Of a stretch of DNA of 64,000 bases, positions 41,030 through 54,049 are shown piece after piece. Location of the stretch: NCBI GenBank assembly GCA_964016885.1, contig OZ024746.1, positions 92,008,001-92,072,000 of the forward strand, written 5' to 3'. The notes below the pieces were generated by a model that was not told the DNA's origin, made no database searches, and was given only the letters and a program-made list of their open reading frames with translations. The DNA comes from Eledone cirrhosa. Lineage: Eukaryota. Within the stretch, counting starts at the first letter, position 1. The number at the start of each line of letters is the position of its first letter. Made by a program: the position numbers and the translations under genes.

Positions 41030-42740
41030 TTACAACGTTCTCAAAGGATATAGGAATGGAGTTTGGCCAAGATAAATGCTCATACATGACTGTAAAACAA
41101 CAACCCAATCTAGCAAAATTGTCATCAATGGCCTAACTGTTTCACAGATATCTGATGAGGACTGCTACAGATAGCTGGGGATAGATGAGAACATATCCTA
41201 TAATGGTATCTGTAATAAGGAACGCGAAACCAGGGATTACTACACCCTATTAAGAAAGATCTGGTCATCGGAACTCTCTGCGTAAAACAAAACAGTGGCC
41301 CACCTTTGCTGTGCCTGTCCTAACACCAAGGTTTGGAATACTCAATTGGACGATAGACGAAATCCGAGCGATTGATGTTGGAACTCGAAAAATACTGAAC
41401 AACACCGGAAAGTTCCACATCAACAGTGACATAGACCGCCTTTACTTGAAACGTAAGCAGGGAGGCAGAGGCCTAACATCAGTCCAGACAGCATTTGAAT
41501 GTTGCATCATATCCCTTCGACAACATCTACGAACCACGAAGCGTAGGAGCCCGTCTCTCGAGCAAGTCTATCTGCATGAAATAGATAAGATCATGAGAGT
41601 TGGGAAGGAACTCCTCGAGAGATATTCCCTGTGTGATAATCAAAAACTCACACCCAGGGAAGTCGCTCAGCAGTAGCGCAGTGAATCCATGGATGAAAAA
41701 TTTCATGCTTGTCAGCAAAATATCATGCATGGATGTGTTTCCAGGAAGCTCCAGAGTGAGAGTAATATAGATAAGGAAAGTAGTCTATCTTGGACCAACA
41801 ACCGCTATATTGGCTCCCACTTTGAAGGATACGCTTTTGCAATCCAAGAAAGGAAATTAACACGAAATACCTGATTCACAAAAGTGATAGGCATGCAGGC
41901 AAAACACCTCGATGTGATAACAAGTGCCGACTCTGCAGAATTAACATCGAAGATGTCACCTATGTCATCAGCAGCTGCCCAAAGATGTCATTACGGTACT
42001 ATCTACCTATGAGGCATGATGTAGTGGCCAAAACACTGTACAATGCAATCCGTAGAAACGATAGCCCCGATAATAAACACATTAAAAGCTATAGCAATGT
42101 GGAAGACATCCATATACATAATATGAAAGAGTACTGGTGGAATGTTCCAGCCAAAACCCCAATAAAATGCAGGCATAACAGACCAGATATAATGATATGG
42201 GACAGGGAAAAGAAAGCATGCACAGTAGTGGAAGTTAGCTGCCCAGCAGATGCCAATATAATATCAAAGATTAGCGAAAAGGAGAATATTTATGCAGAAC
42301 TGATGAGATATCTGCAGATACTCCACCCTGATTAGACCTTCAGATTTATGCCTGTGATTATTGGGACACTAGGATATGTTAGTAACTGCCTCAATACAAA
42401 TCTTGAGAAGCTAGGCTTCACAGGAACAGAAAGAACACAACTAGTTAGGAAATTACAAGTACAATCCTTTAATGGAACAGTAAATATATGTAAAACATTC
42501 CAAAAATGTTGCATCTAATAACTGCATATACACATGTACAGATACAAAGCATATACACATGCACACATACAACTCAAAACATACACCTCCACACATACAA
42601 TAACATCCATATCTACACATGCTTGCATTCAGCCATACATACATAGTTGATGTGTAAATTCCAATGAGAGTCTTGTGTCTATGTTAGACTCTCTCTCTAT
42701 TGGTAAAAGTTTGTGAAATTATAAAACCTGAAGTATATAC
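41030..42740 (+). mobile_element. R4/Dong-clade LINE 3' half (RT C-terminus, CCHC, REL), pseudogenised
   Basis: IGMEFG.DKC, D..TRKIL..TG.FH..SDIDRLYL.RK.GGRGL, CRLC...EDV...ISSC, RHD.VAK, HNRPDIMIWD, VVEVSCP.D; ends in a (TACA)-rich tract. Confidence 0.85.
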
Positions 42741-43317
42741 ATACATACATATACATATATACATATATACATATATTCATAGAAAGGACTGAATGATTTA
42801 TAAATACGGATAAGACTCTATTCTACAGATGAGGTTAATAAAATCAAAATATGTCCGGAGTTGTCATCGTATTTACCAAAGAAGAGATTCACTCTTCATT
42901 GCGCGACTCCATTTAAGTTTTACTTAGATTTCAGAGTCTTCTCCCTTGCTTTTCTTGACCAGAATTCTCATTAACGCTAAAAATTGTTGTTGTTTTTGTT
43001 TTTGTGTTTTTTTTTGTTTTTTGTTTGTCTGTTTTTGTTTATGTTACGGATGTAATTTTAATTGATTAGAACATATTTTGTTACGTTACATTAAATATGT
43101 TATTCCTTCACTTAACTCTATGTTGTACGTGCAGAAGTCATCCCCGGGAAATTTTCCCATATGAAAAAGACTCTTTATAAACAATATTTCTGGTATTTCC
43201 TTCAAATGCAAAGTAGTCTAAATATTTTTATTACCTAAATGAAAGCATCCCACACGATGTTTTCTATCAGAAAAGTAAGCTATCCTATCAAATTCTCTTT
43301 TCAATGCGTCATTCCAT

Positions 43318-43356
<39 letters not shown>

Positions 43357-43357
43357 G

Positions 43358-43421
<64 letters not shown>

Positions 43422-44326
43422 AGAGGCTGCGCGTCTGTTTAAGTAAGAAACCTGAAGACATAGTAGGGCTTTTGTAAACAGATATTGGGGGAGGGGGTGT
43501 ATAACTCGGAAAATGTCATAGAGGTTCTATTTTGAGGAAGGCGGTTCGTTTTGTGGACGAGGAAGCGAAAGATTGTATTCAGTGCAAGATGGCATCCCCT
43601 CCAGATTGTAAACTTTTACTCCCTCTTCTCTCTCCCACTTCCATAACTGGCAAAGACATATGTTGATATCCCAGTCTCATTTGATAGCTTTTACAGAACT
43701 GCACGACATTGACGAGGGGGTTTTAAATATCTTGCACTAAACACTTCATTCTGTATTCCGGGCTTATTAGGATGTAACATATGAAATGTCGATTTTAGTT
43801 TTTTCCTCCTCCAAAGTTGCATCGTATAGGACGTTTCTTGCATGTTTTAATGATAGAGACCCCAGACCTTATTATGTTGTTATTACAGCTCACACCTATG
43901 TAGCTTTAGCTGGCCTCCTACAAAGCTGCATCTTATAGGACGTTTCTTGTGTCTTAATGATGTAACATATGAAATGTCGATTTTATTTTTTTTAAGAAAA
44001 ACTAAATGAGATTATAAAATACATTTATTTAATGAAAATATATTTTATTATGTTTAGTTGTCTTTTGTCAACGTGAAATGAAATTAGTTAATTCGTGAAA
44101 GAAAGACACCATCATTTTGGTAGCGGGGAATGTAAGGTGAGTGTTGCAACAAAATATCGTAACCTAGTTCCGTTAATTTTCCAAGAGTCATTTTAGAAAT
44201 GTGTGACCAAGCGCCATCATGCGGCAGAATTGGTTCTATTAATATATCACAACTCTTAGAATTTCAGTTTTTAATACATACCGTCTCTTTCTTGACAGTA
44301 TGGGCTTGGAGTAATTGATTTTCCTT

Positions 44327-44422
<96 letters not shown>

Positions 44423-44875
44423 CGTGTGTGTGTGTATGTGTGTATGAGTGTGTGTGTGTGTGTGTGCGTATGGGAAAGTAAAAAAACAACAACACAGGAG
44501 TACAAGTTACGAAAGGTATTAAGTTCACATTTTATGAGAGTGGGGGGGGAGGATGCGACGTTTCGGGCATAAATCCTTTATCAGGAGAGTGGTGGAAAGG
44601 AGGAGGAGGAGGAACTCCGAGAGCGAGTGAGGGAGGAGTTAGTGGGGGGAAAATAAAAATAACACAAGAGTTGGAAAATAAAAGTTAAAAACAAATGGTG
44701 AAAAGATGTGAGGTGTATAGCGGTGGTGTTGGGGTGGATGGGGAGAGGAAAAAGGGGGTCAGAGCGGGGAGGGCGGAAGGTGGTGTGTGTGTGTAGGTGT
44801 ACGTGTGTGTGTGTATGCGTGGATGTAAGTGTGAGAGTCTGGGGGAGAGTGGGGTTGCATGCTTTATATATATAA

Positions 44876-44938
<63 letters not shown>

Positions 44939-44979
44939 GAACACTGGAGGGTAATATCCGTAGTGGTAGAGCACTCAGT

Positions 44980-45985
44980 CCATACTATAGCACGGCGTTA
45001 GCTAACAGCGGCTTCTCGCAACCAATTACTTACTCTCCCACTAACAACAACAGCAATAAGAAAAGAAATCGTAACAATAGACAAACTATCTGGTTCTCTC
45101 CTCCCTTCTCACTCAATGTTAAAACTAATGTAGGAAAAATTTGTTTAGCCCTCTTAGATAGACACTTCCCCATTGGTCACAAATACCACTCCATCTTTAA
45201 CAGACACAAAGTAAAACTAGGGTACTCCTGCGTTAAGAATATGAAGGCCCACATCACCAACAGTCCTAAGAGCAGCACCCCACCAGGATGATCTTGCCGA
45301 AAGCCTGAAGCTTGTCCCTTTCAACCGCAATGCAACACACCCGCTGTAGTTTATGAAGCTGTGGTCACTTCCAACCGACCAAATCAACCACGGGAGGTCA
45401 AATCTTATGTGGCTATGACGGATGGCCGATTTAAGGAACGCTTCCTGAACCATCATTCGACGTTTAGGTGCCCGGACAAACGATCATCCACGAAGCTCGC
45501 GAACCACGTATGGTCCCTCAAAGATTCAGGTATAGACTACTCCATTCAATGGAAAGTCATCACTAAGTCCAAGCCATACGCAAGGGGCAATCCGTCTTGT
45601 GGGCTGTGTATTGAAGAAAGGATAAATATTCTAAGGAGATTACGCAATAGCGATTGCCTAAATTCAAGAAACGAAATCTTCTCACGTTATCCACATGTCT
45701 GGAAACACCTTTTACATAACCTCAAAGCTCCGGATTGAATAACAACAACATTCTAATTTTCTAATCAACTCGAACATATTATTCCGGACACTCGCAGTTA
45801 TCTCCCTTACACCTTTCGCCCGTGGTTTTGCATCGCCTGGGTGAAGTGACCGTTTCTGCGCATGCGCATTCATACGATTGTTCTGCTTGTTTCATATAAC
45901 CATTACCAGTCCGAGCTGAAGATCCGCTTAAGGTGAAACAATTGTTCTCGGAATGGTGAACTAACTGTTGTGTTACTACTTCTAT
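44980..45985 (+). mobile_element. 5'-truncated PLE: linker plus GIY-YIG endonuclease, 3' UTR and hammerhead
   Basis: IWFSPPFSLNVKTNVGK..L.LLDRHFP..HKYHSIFNR..VKLGYSC; VVYEA...SYVAMT..FKERFLNH; CGLCIEE; LNSRNE. One in-frame TGA at 45289. Confidence 0.9.
45911..45951 (+). ncRNA. Type I hammerhead downstream of PLE endonuclease
   Basis: CCGAG-CTGAAGA-TCC gcttaa GGT-GAAA-CAATTG-TT-CTCGG, plus a distal CCATT/AATGG helix. Confidence 0.7.
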
Positions 45986-46011
45986 ATATATATATATATA
46001 TATATATACAC

Positions 46012-46120
46012 AATAATTGTTTCTACTTAAGGCACAAGGCCAGCAATTGCCCAGTGCATCACTGGTACTTTATTTTATCGACCCCGTAAGGATGAAAGGC
46101 AAAGTCAACCTCGGCGGGAT
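46012..46120 (-). mobile_element. SINE family A 3' fragment
   Basis: Conserved body and tail only. Confidence 0.75.
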
Positions 46121-46434
46121 ATAGGTACAGAGATATATGTGTATACATACATATACATGCATATATACACATACATTTTTCACAAGTATGTGAGATTGTG
46201 TGTTGTCAACCTTAACCAGTGTTGCTCTATGACTATGAGAGACAAGATAATCGACATAATTAAATTGACTCTATATCAGAGCTATGTAATTCATTATAAA
46301 GAAAGATGAAATATTAGACATAAATAAATAGCCATTTAGGATTTTTGCATAGTAGCCACGAAACTGTACAGTCGGGGTTTTGAAGAAAAAATGGGTATTT
46401 TTTTATGTCTAATATTTCTTCTTTCTTTATAATG

Positions 46435-46496
<62 letters not shown>

Positions 46497-46592
46497 AAAG
46501 GTTTGATAGAAATATCCAAGGGTAAGAGCACTCAGTCCATAGGACGAGTTTAGTAAAAATAGTTTGTTTTTGTTTGTTTCTTTTTTTCTTCT

Positions 46593-46644
46593 AACAGGCT
46601 GAATAAGTTGGGGTCCAGAACGCAACGAAACTTAAGTACCTGTT
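46593..46644 (+). ncRNA. Hammerhead-like fold with atypical core CTGAATAA
   Basis: AACAGG-CTGAATAA-GTTG...CAAC-GAAA-CTTAAG-TA-CCTGTT. Confidence 0.55.
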
Positions 46645-46756
46645 TACGTCACTGTTGTAACTAATATATAAAATATATATATATATATAAATGTATATAA
46701 GTTCCCTTTTAGGCGCTGGTCATAGGTTGGACAGCCTATAAATGTATATATATATA

Positions 46757-46787
<31 letters not shown>

Positions 46788-46879
46788 ATCAATTACAAAT
46801 ATATATATATATATATATATCAATATATATATTTATAAAATTACAATTTGATTCTAGCGTTCGAACAAAGCGGATTACA

Positions 46880-47063
46880 ATAATAATTGTTTCTATTTTT
46901 GGCACAAGGCCAGCAATTTTCCCAATACATAACTGGTACTTTATTTTGTCGACCCCGTAAGGATGAAAGCAAAGTTATACCTCGGCGGAACTTGAACTCA
47001 GATCATAAAGGGCTGTAACTCTATGCTGAAAAGCATGGCGTCCGACCTTCTACCGATACTGAC
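46880..47063 (-). mobile_element. SINE family A
   Basis: Reverse-complement copy. Confidence 0.8.
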
Positions 47064-47098
47064 AATATAATAATAATTGTTTCTGGTTTAAAAGTAAA

Positions 47099-47191
47099 TG
47101 CTTACAGCACGTAGGGTTCCCAAACGGTCACCCATCTAAGTACTAACTAGGCTCGACGTTGCTTAACTTCGGTGATCGGACGAGAACCGGT
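47099..47191 (-). pseudogene. 5S rRNA: 5'-truncated 5S rRNA pseudogene
   Basis: ACCGGTTCTCGTCCGATCACCGAAGTTAAGCAACGTCGAGCCTAGTTAGTACTTAGATGGGTGACCGTTTGGGAACCCTACGTGCTGTAAGC matches the invertebrate 5S pattern; first ~26 nt are missing; followed by TTTACTTTT. Confidence 0.9.
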
Positions 47192-47616
47192 ATGATATTT
47201 GATTCGTTTGCATGCAAACGGCCTTACTATGCTCTGTGTTTTGATGACTATCGTCATCGTTTGTTCAACAGTAGCATCGAGGAACAGTGAACATGTTTCT
47301 GGGTCATATCCCTTAATCAGGGCGGTTTAACTATTCAGCTGATGTATACTTTAGAAAATACTATATATTTTCAACCGTTCAACAGAGTAGCAGAGAGGTA
47401 TACAATCCTGGCGAAAGGAAATGACCCAGAAACTTGTTGATTGTTCCTCGATGCTGCTGTTGAATAAACGGATGACGATTGGTCATCAAAACATATCATA
47501 GCATAATAAGGCCGTTGGCTTGCAAACGAATCCAATATTATTATTATTATTATTATTATTATTTGATATAACCCACACTTACACACACACACACACACAC
47601 ACATACACACACACAC

Positions 47617-47655
<39 letters not shown>

Positions 47656-47799
47656 CGGCCATATTCTTTTGGTTCAGGATTATTAAAATCCATTATATAT
47701 ATTTCGCTGAGGACTATCAATTATGACTACTTCACAACCGACAGACCATTATGTGGTCCACACATCCTTGTTCGGTTAACCCATATATATATATATAAC

Positions 47800-47837
<38 letters not shown>

Positions 47838-47839
47838 GA

Positions 47840-48786
47840 TAAATAAAGATGAATATAATGATTTGATTATAAAAGAACTAAGGAAAAATTATAGAAAAGC
47901 TCCGGCCGAAGATCTTACAGACATCAATAATGATGCATATAAATGAATAGCAAAATTTGGAATTGAAGGAAGAACCGAGCCTTTTATACCTAGACAGCCG
48001 AGGATAAATTTTAAGGATCACAAAAGAAACTTTGAGGAAGACCTGCCAGTTAGACTGATAGCTCCATCTAAATCGGATATTGGAGTAATCAGTAAGAATA
48101 TTATTGATAGAATTCTGCCTATTCTGAAATTGAGGTCTAAATTGAGATTATGGAAGAACACCAATGAAGTGATTGATTGGTTTTAAAATATAGATGATAA
48201 GAAAAACCACAAATTCATCCAAATGGACATAGCAAGCTATTACTCTTCCATTACACCCAACCTACTAAATAAGGCTCTATCATACGCTTACAAGCATACA
48301 GACCTAACTACGGATGAAATCGATATCATATTAACTGCTAGAAGAACTCTAATTAATTTCAACAATGAGTATTGGACCCGCTCAGATAGAAATAGAAACT
48401 TTGACATTACCATGGGATCATCGGATTCAGCGCAAGTCACGGATCTTCTGGGGATTTTCATCTTAAATATGGTAAATAGAAAACTGCGGGAGATTACCGG
48501 TGGTTTATATAGGGACGATATTTTATTTACGGTTGTCAAACACAGCAATACAGAACTAGATAGGGTTAAGAAAAATATAATTGAATTCTTTAAAAATTAC
48601 GACCTTAAATTAGAGGTTGAAAGTGGTACCAAAATAGTTAATTTCCTTGGTGTTACCCTTAACTTAAACTCTGGTTTTTATTACCCTTTCCATAAGCCCA
48701 ATGAAAATTTAAATTACGTTAGTTATTACTCTAATCACCCTAAATCTGTGAAAAATGCAATTGTCAATAGTGTACAGAAACGCTAA
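47840..48786 (+). mobile_element. PLE reverse transcriptase core (degraded; ORF 48223-48786)
   Basis: FKDHK..FE..LPVRLIAPSKSDIG.ISK; FIQMDIASYYSSI; FDITMGS.DSAQV.DL.G; GLYRDD; VNFL.VTLNL; YPFHKPN...YV...SNHP. Confidence 0.9.
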
Positions 48787-49006
48787 AGCACTTAGCAAAT
48801 AATGAATTGTTTGCGATCATAAAAGTGCCTAAAGAAAGAAGAAATATTAGACATAAATAAATACCCATTTTTTCTTCAAAATTCTGACTGTACAGTTTGA
48901 TGTTTCAATATTAAGGTATATAAATATTTAGTTTTGTCATATATTACTCACTACCATGACTGAATCTTAACCATCTACTATGTCAGGGTATGTCATGCAT
49001 CATCTT

Positions 49007-49071
49007 ATTTTATCTGATGAGGACGTACTGTTGAAGTTAACTCAGTACCTCTGAAATATGTATAATAAAAT
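49007..49071 (+). ncRNA. Type I hammerhead in PLE pseudo-LTR
   Basis: ATTTTAT-CTGATGA-GGACGTACTG...CAGTACCTCT-GAAA-TATGTA-TA-ATAAAAT. Confidence 0.65.
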
Positions 49072-49112
49072 ATACTTGATCACAAGAATATCTATTTTGT
49101 TAATATTTTGAA

Positions 49113-49273
<161 letters not shown>

Positions 49274-49330
49274 GCATATATATATATGTACATAAGTACC
49301 TAGGTTATATAACACACACATACACACACA

Positions 49331-49364
<34 letters not shown>

Positions 49365-49614
49365 CTCTCCCCTCTCTCTCTCTCTCTATAGATATAGATA
49401 TATTCAAATTTGTGCAGGATATTTCCTTGATGTCTGAACGGCTGCGATTTTATCCCGTCCCAACCTTCAAACCTTTCAAAGTTATAAAGTAACATCATAT
49501 GTTCTGCTAGCACTAAGTGACTAAGGAATTATATTGTAAAGTGCAAATCATGGACAAGATGTGTCTTTAGTTGTTCACTCATTAGACCAACTCATTCAAT
49601 TACCGTCGCTCACT

Positions 49615-50955
49615 ATTTTACACACGTCTTTATATTTCACACACGTCTCTGTGTTTTACACACGTCTCTATATTTCACACACGTCTCTATATCTCACACA
49701 CGTCTCTATATATTACACACGTCTCTATATCTCACACACGTCTCTATATCTCACACACGTCTCTATATATCACACACGTCTCTATACTTTACACACGTCT
49801 TTATATTTCACACACGTCTCTGTGTTTTACACACGTCTCTATACTTTACACACGTCTCTATATCTCACACACGTCTCTATATATCACACACGTCTCTATA
49901 TATCACACACGTCTCTATACTTTACACACGTCTCTATATATCACACACGTCTATATATCTCACACACGTCTCTATATCTTACACACGTCTCTATACCTCA
50001 CACACGTCTCTATACCTCACACACGTCTATATGTATCACACACGTCTATATATCTCACACACGTCTCTATACTTTACACACGTCTCTATATTTCACACAC
50101 GTCTCTATATCTCACACACTTCTCTATATCTTACACACGTCTCTATACCTCACCCACGTCTCTATATTTTACACACGTCTCTATATCTCACATACGTCTC
50201 TATATCTCACACGTCTCTATATCTCACACACGTCTCTATATCTCACACACGTCTCTATATCTTACACACGTCTCTATACTTTACACACGTCTCTATATAT
50301 CACACACGTCTATATATCTCACACACGTCTCTATATCTTACACACGTCTCTATACCTCACACACGTCTCTATACCTCACACACGTCTATATGTATCACAC
50401 ACGTCTATATATATCACACACGTCTCTATACTTTACACACGTCTCTATATCTCACACACGTCTCTATATATCACACACGTCTCTATATCTCACACACGTC
50501 TCTATATCTCACACACGTCTCTATATCTCATACACGTCTGTATATTTTACACACGTCTCTATATATCACACACGTCTCTATATCTCACACACGTCTCTAT
50601 ATCTCACACACGTCTCTATATCTTACACACGTCTCTATATCTCACACACGTCTCTATATTTCACACACGTCTCTATATCTCACACACGTCTCTATATCTT
50701 ACACACGTCTCTCTATCTCTCACACGTCTCTATATATCACACACATCTCTATATCTCATACACGTCTCTATATATCACACACGTCTCTATATCTCACACA
50801 CGTCTCTATATCTTACACACGTCTCTATATCTCACACACGTCTCTATATATCACACACGTCTCTATATCTCACACACGTCTCTATATCTTACACACGTCT
50901 CTATATCTCACACACATCTCTATATCTCACACAAGTTTCTATATTTCACACACGC
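49615..50955 (+). repeat. 19-bp satellite CTCACACACGTCTCTATAT (left arm, ~70 units)
   Basis: Tandem units; the 19-aa periodicity of the 530-aa ORF equals 3 x 19 bp. Confidence 0.95.
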
Positions 50956-51289
50956 AAAGAGCTAGATTATATACCGCAAGGTGTTTTGTCCGGCGCTCTA
51001 GCGCTTCTGTCTATGGTAGGGAAAACTCGCTGTTTTACACATTGCTATTGTAAAACAGATTTCTGTTTTAGACGCAAAGTCAGCGAATTTGGGGGAAGGT
51101 TGTGTATGTACGATCCCGTAACTCCTGATAGTGTCGTAGGGACGCCATATTGACTACGGCGTTTCTTGGGTATTTTAAGCCTGTTTGACCCCCATCTCTT
51201 TCCTTGTCTGAGTACAGCAGATTTCTTCCAGGGAAAGATAGAAAGTGAGAGAGAGGAAGTGAGAAAGAGATACAGAGGAAGAATAGACC

Positions 51290-51680
51290 AGTACTAGACC
51301 TTGAAAGGATGAAAGGCAAAGTTGACCTCGGCGGGATTTGAACTCAGAGAGCCAGAACAAATACCATAAAGTATTCTATCCGACGTTCTAACGACTCTGC
51401 CAGTTTTGCTGCCGGAGGAATGGTAAAGTTGGTATTTTTATCCACTCCAGAAGGATGAAAGGCAAAGTGGGCCTTGGTGGAATTTGAACTCAGAATGTAA
51501 AGAGCCAGACCATAGAACCCAGTGGCATTTAATCCAACGATCTACTAACTCTGTCGCCATTTTAATGGTGCACAGGACCAACAATGTTGGAGAGAAGGGG
51601 AGAGTTGATTATATCGACCCCAGTACTTTCCTAGTCCTTTTATCGACCGCGGATGAAAGGCAAAGTTAATCTCGGCAAAG
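51290..51680 (-). mobile_element. Cluster of three diverged SINE family A-related fragments
   Basis: Three repeats of GGATGAAAGGCAAAGT, two followed by GATTTGAACTCAG-like B-box complements. Confidence 0.7.
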
Positions 51681-52064
51681 AACACAAAGAATTGGAATAA
51701 ATTCTTCTGACAAGACAATCTACTGCCTCATAGTTATTGTAAAATTGACAGTTTGTCAACTTACCGTGCTGAGATGAACTTCATCTACTTGGTTTCGCCA
51801 GATGTCACTGATCTCATCTGGAAGTAAAAAAGATTGATTATCATTTCTGAATACTTCTGTCATGAAATGTCTTTCCGTCTGACAACATATAAATAGACTA
51901 ACGAAATAGTAAAAAAAAACTAGCTGACCCCGTGAAAATCCCACGGTTTAACAACCAAGTATCAAAAATCAATATGATGTTTATACGTTATATCTACACA
52001 CATATTATCATCTGGGATAATGATACTTATACACACTGCTTCCCTTTCTGTTAAAGACTCGTTA

Positions 52065-52110
<46 letters not shown>

Positions 52111-52299
52111 ACACACACACACACACGCGCGCACATAAACTCATACACTCTCTTTTCTATAAAGACTTGTTACAGATCTCTCTCTTCCACACAGATACAC
52201 ACGCACCGTCCCCTTTCCACAAAAACTTGTTACACCACCTCTCTCTCTCTCTCTCTCTCTCTCTACGACACACTCTCTCTCTATCACTCTCTCTCTCCG

Positions 52300-52368
<69 letters not shown>

Positions 52369-52413
52369 TAAAATATAAATATTAATAAAATAGATGTTCT
52401 TTTGATCAATTAC

Positions 52414-52466
52414 ATTTTATTATACATATTTCGGATGTATAACAGTACGTCCTCATCAGACAAAAT
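52414..52466 (-). ncRNA. Type I hammerhead (same family as 49007)
   Basis: ATTTTGT-CTGATGA-GGACGTA ctgtta TACATCC-GAAA-TATGTA-TA-ATAAAAT. Confidence 0.75.
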
Positions 52467-53370
52467 ATAATGATACAGGTCATACCCTGAGATGTTAAAT
52501 GGTTAAGATTTAATCAAGGTAGTGATTAACCCAAGAGAAAATTTTACATATATAGCCTAATTATGAGAAAATGCGTAAACGTAATAAATTCATTAGAGAA
52601 TGTGTGAGTAAGAAAAAACGTTGCTTACTGTAACTGTTCTAAAGGTTTTAAAATGTATGATACTACGATATATCTAGGAAAACGTCTCATGAATCATAAC
52701 GGCCAGTGATAGCCACTGGAAAAGGATTTATAAAGAGGGAAAGATAAAAGGTGTGTGTGGGGGGGGGGGGGATATATGCAGAAGGAGATTTTTTACGAAA
52801 GTTAAACGGTTAAATTTGAAAATATTTAATTTATAATATTAGGGTGAAGACTCCAGATTTCAGGATTATTTGCTGGTTATTTATATATTATTTTTATAAA
52901 TTCGATAAGTGTGTTATCATTTCTAAGCTTCTGAATTTTATGAGGGTAACATTTAAAGGATTTAGCTGGCACATAAAGAGTGAAATAATATACTGTTGAT
53001 TATTTACCTAAATTTAAACTTTAACAAAGATACCAACATATTAGGTATGTAAAGCTTTTGAAGTACTTATTGTTATAAATATTTAAATAACTATTATGTA
53101 TATAGGTATATATTAATGAGCCAGTATGTTTAAGGTAAATAATAACGACGAAGATAAAAATAAAATAAGATAATAGATTGAAGCATGTTAAGGATAAATA
53201 TACACCTATGTATAATTGGGTGTAAATGTACTAATTATTCTTCAACCAAGATATTAACATATTATTAGATATAGGGAGATATATATAGATATATATATTA
53301 GGTATTAGTAGTGTAGTATACTTTAGGTAAATGATAACAGTTATAATTTTATAAAGTGTAGAGTTCAACG

Positions 53371-54049
53371 TGGCCCTCTGGAGAATAGAGGAAAGGTGTT
53401 TCCTCGAAAACCAGTATGACTCTAAAAACCGGTTTGTCTGTGTGTTTACATACAGACTAGCTGAACACTCACAGTAAAGTGTCCAGTTAAAAACTCGGTA
53501 CATCTACATATGTATACGTGTGTGTATTTATATGCATACTAGTATTTCAGTATACATATGTGGATGTACACTTCTAACTTAATTGTTTAAGCGTCAGTCA
53601 TACAAAAGTGAGTTACAAACGAAACGAAATTTAATTTCGTTTCGTTATTTGTTTTTATCGCTTCCGCTGAACCGGTACGTACTCACGCTCTATGCAAATT
53701 AGTCTGCCCACTACTAATTTTCATAGAAAAAGCATATAACGATATGTGCTTTTACGATTCTCTAGAGGGGCCGGAGGATGGGTAAATATTGCTGATGAGA
53801 TGTAACAACATCGAAACTAGTCCAATATTCCTGTCTGGCCCTCTAGAGAATAGAGGAAAGGTGTTTCCTCGAAAACCAGTATGACTCTAAAAACCGGTTT
53901 GTCTGTGTGTTTACATACAGACTAGCTGAACACTCACAGTAAAGTGTCCAGTTAAAAACTCGGTACATCTACATATGTATACGTGTGTGTATTTATATGC
54001 ATACTAGTATTTCAGTATACATATGTGGATGTACACTTCTAACTTAATT

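Noticed and set aside
44545-44582. Minus-strand CTGATAA...GAAACGTC hammerhead-like motif
   Set aside because: Stem I does not pair and G8 is lost; at most a decayed relic, so it was not counted.
49561-51153. 530-aa, 606-aa and 271-aa His/Thr/Tyr-rich ORFs (also 57068-58888 and 60091-60906)
   Set aside because: They are translations of a 19-bp satellite that lacks stop codons on one strand; several frames are open and the unit length is not a multiple of 3.
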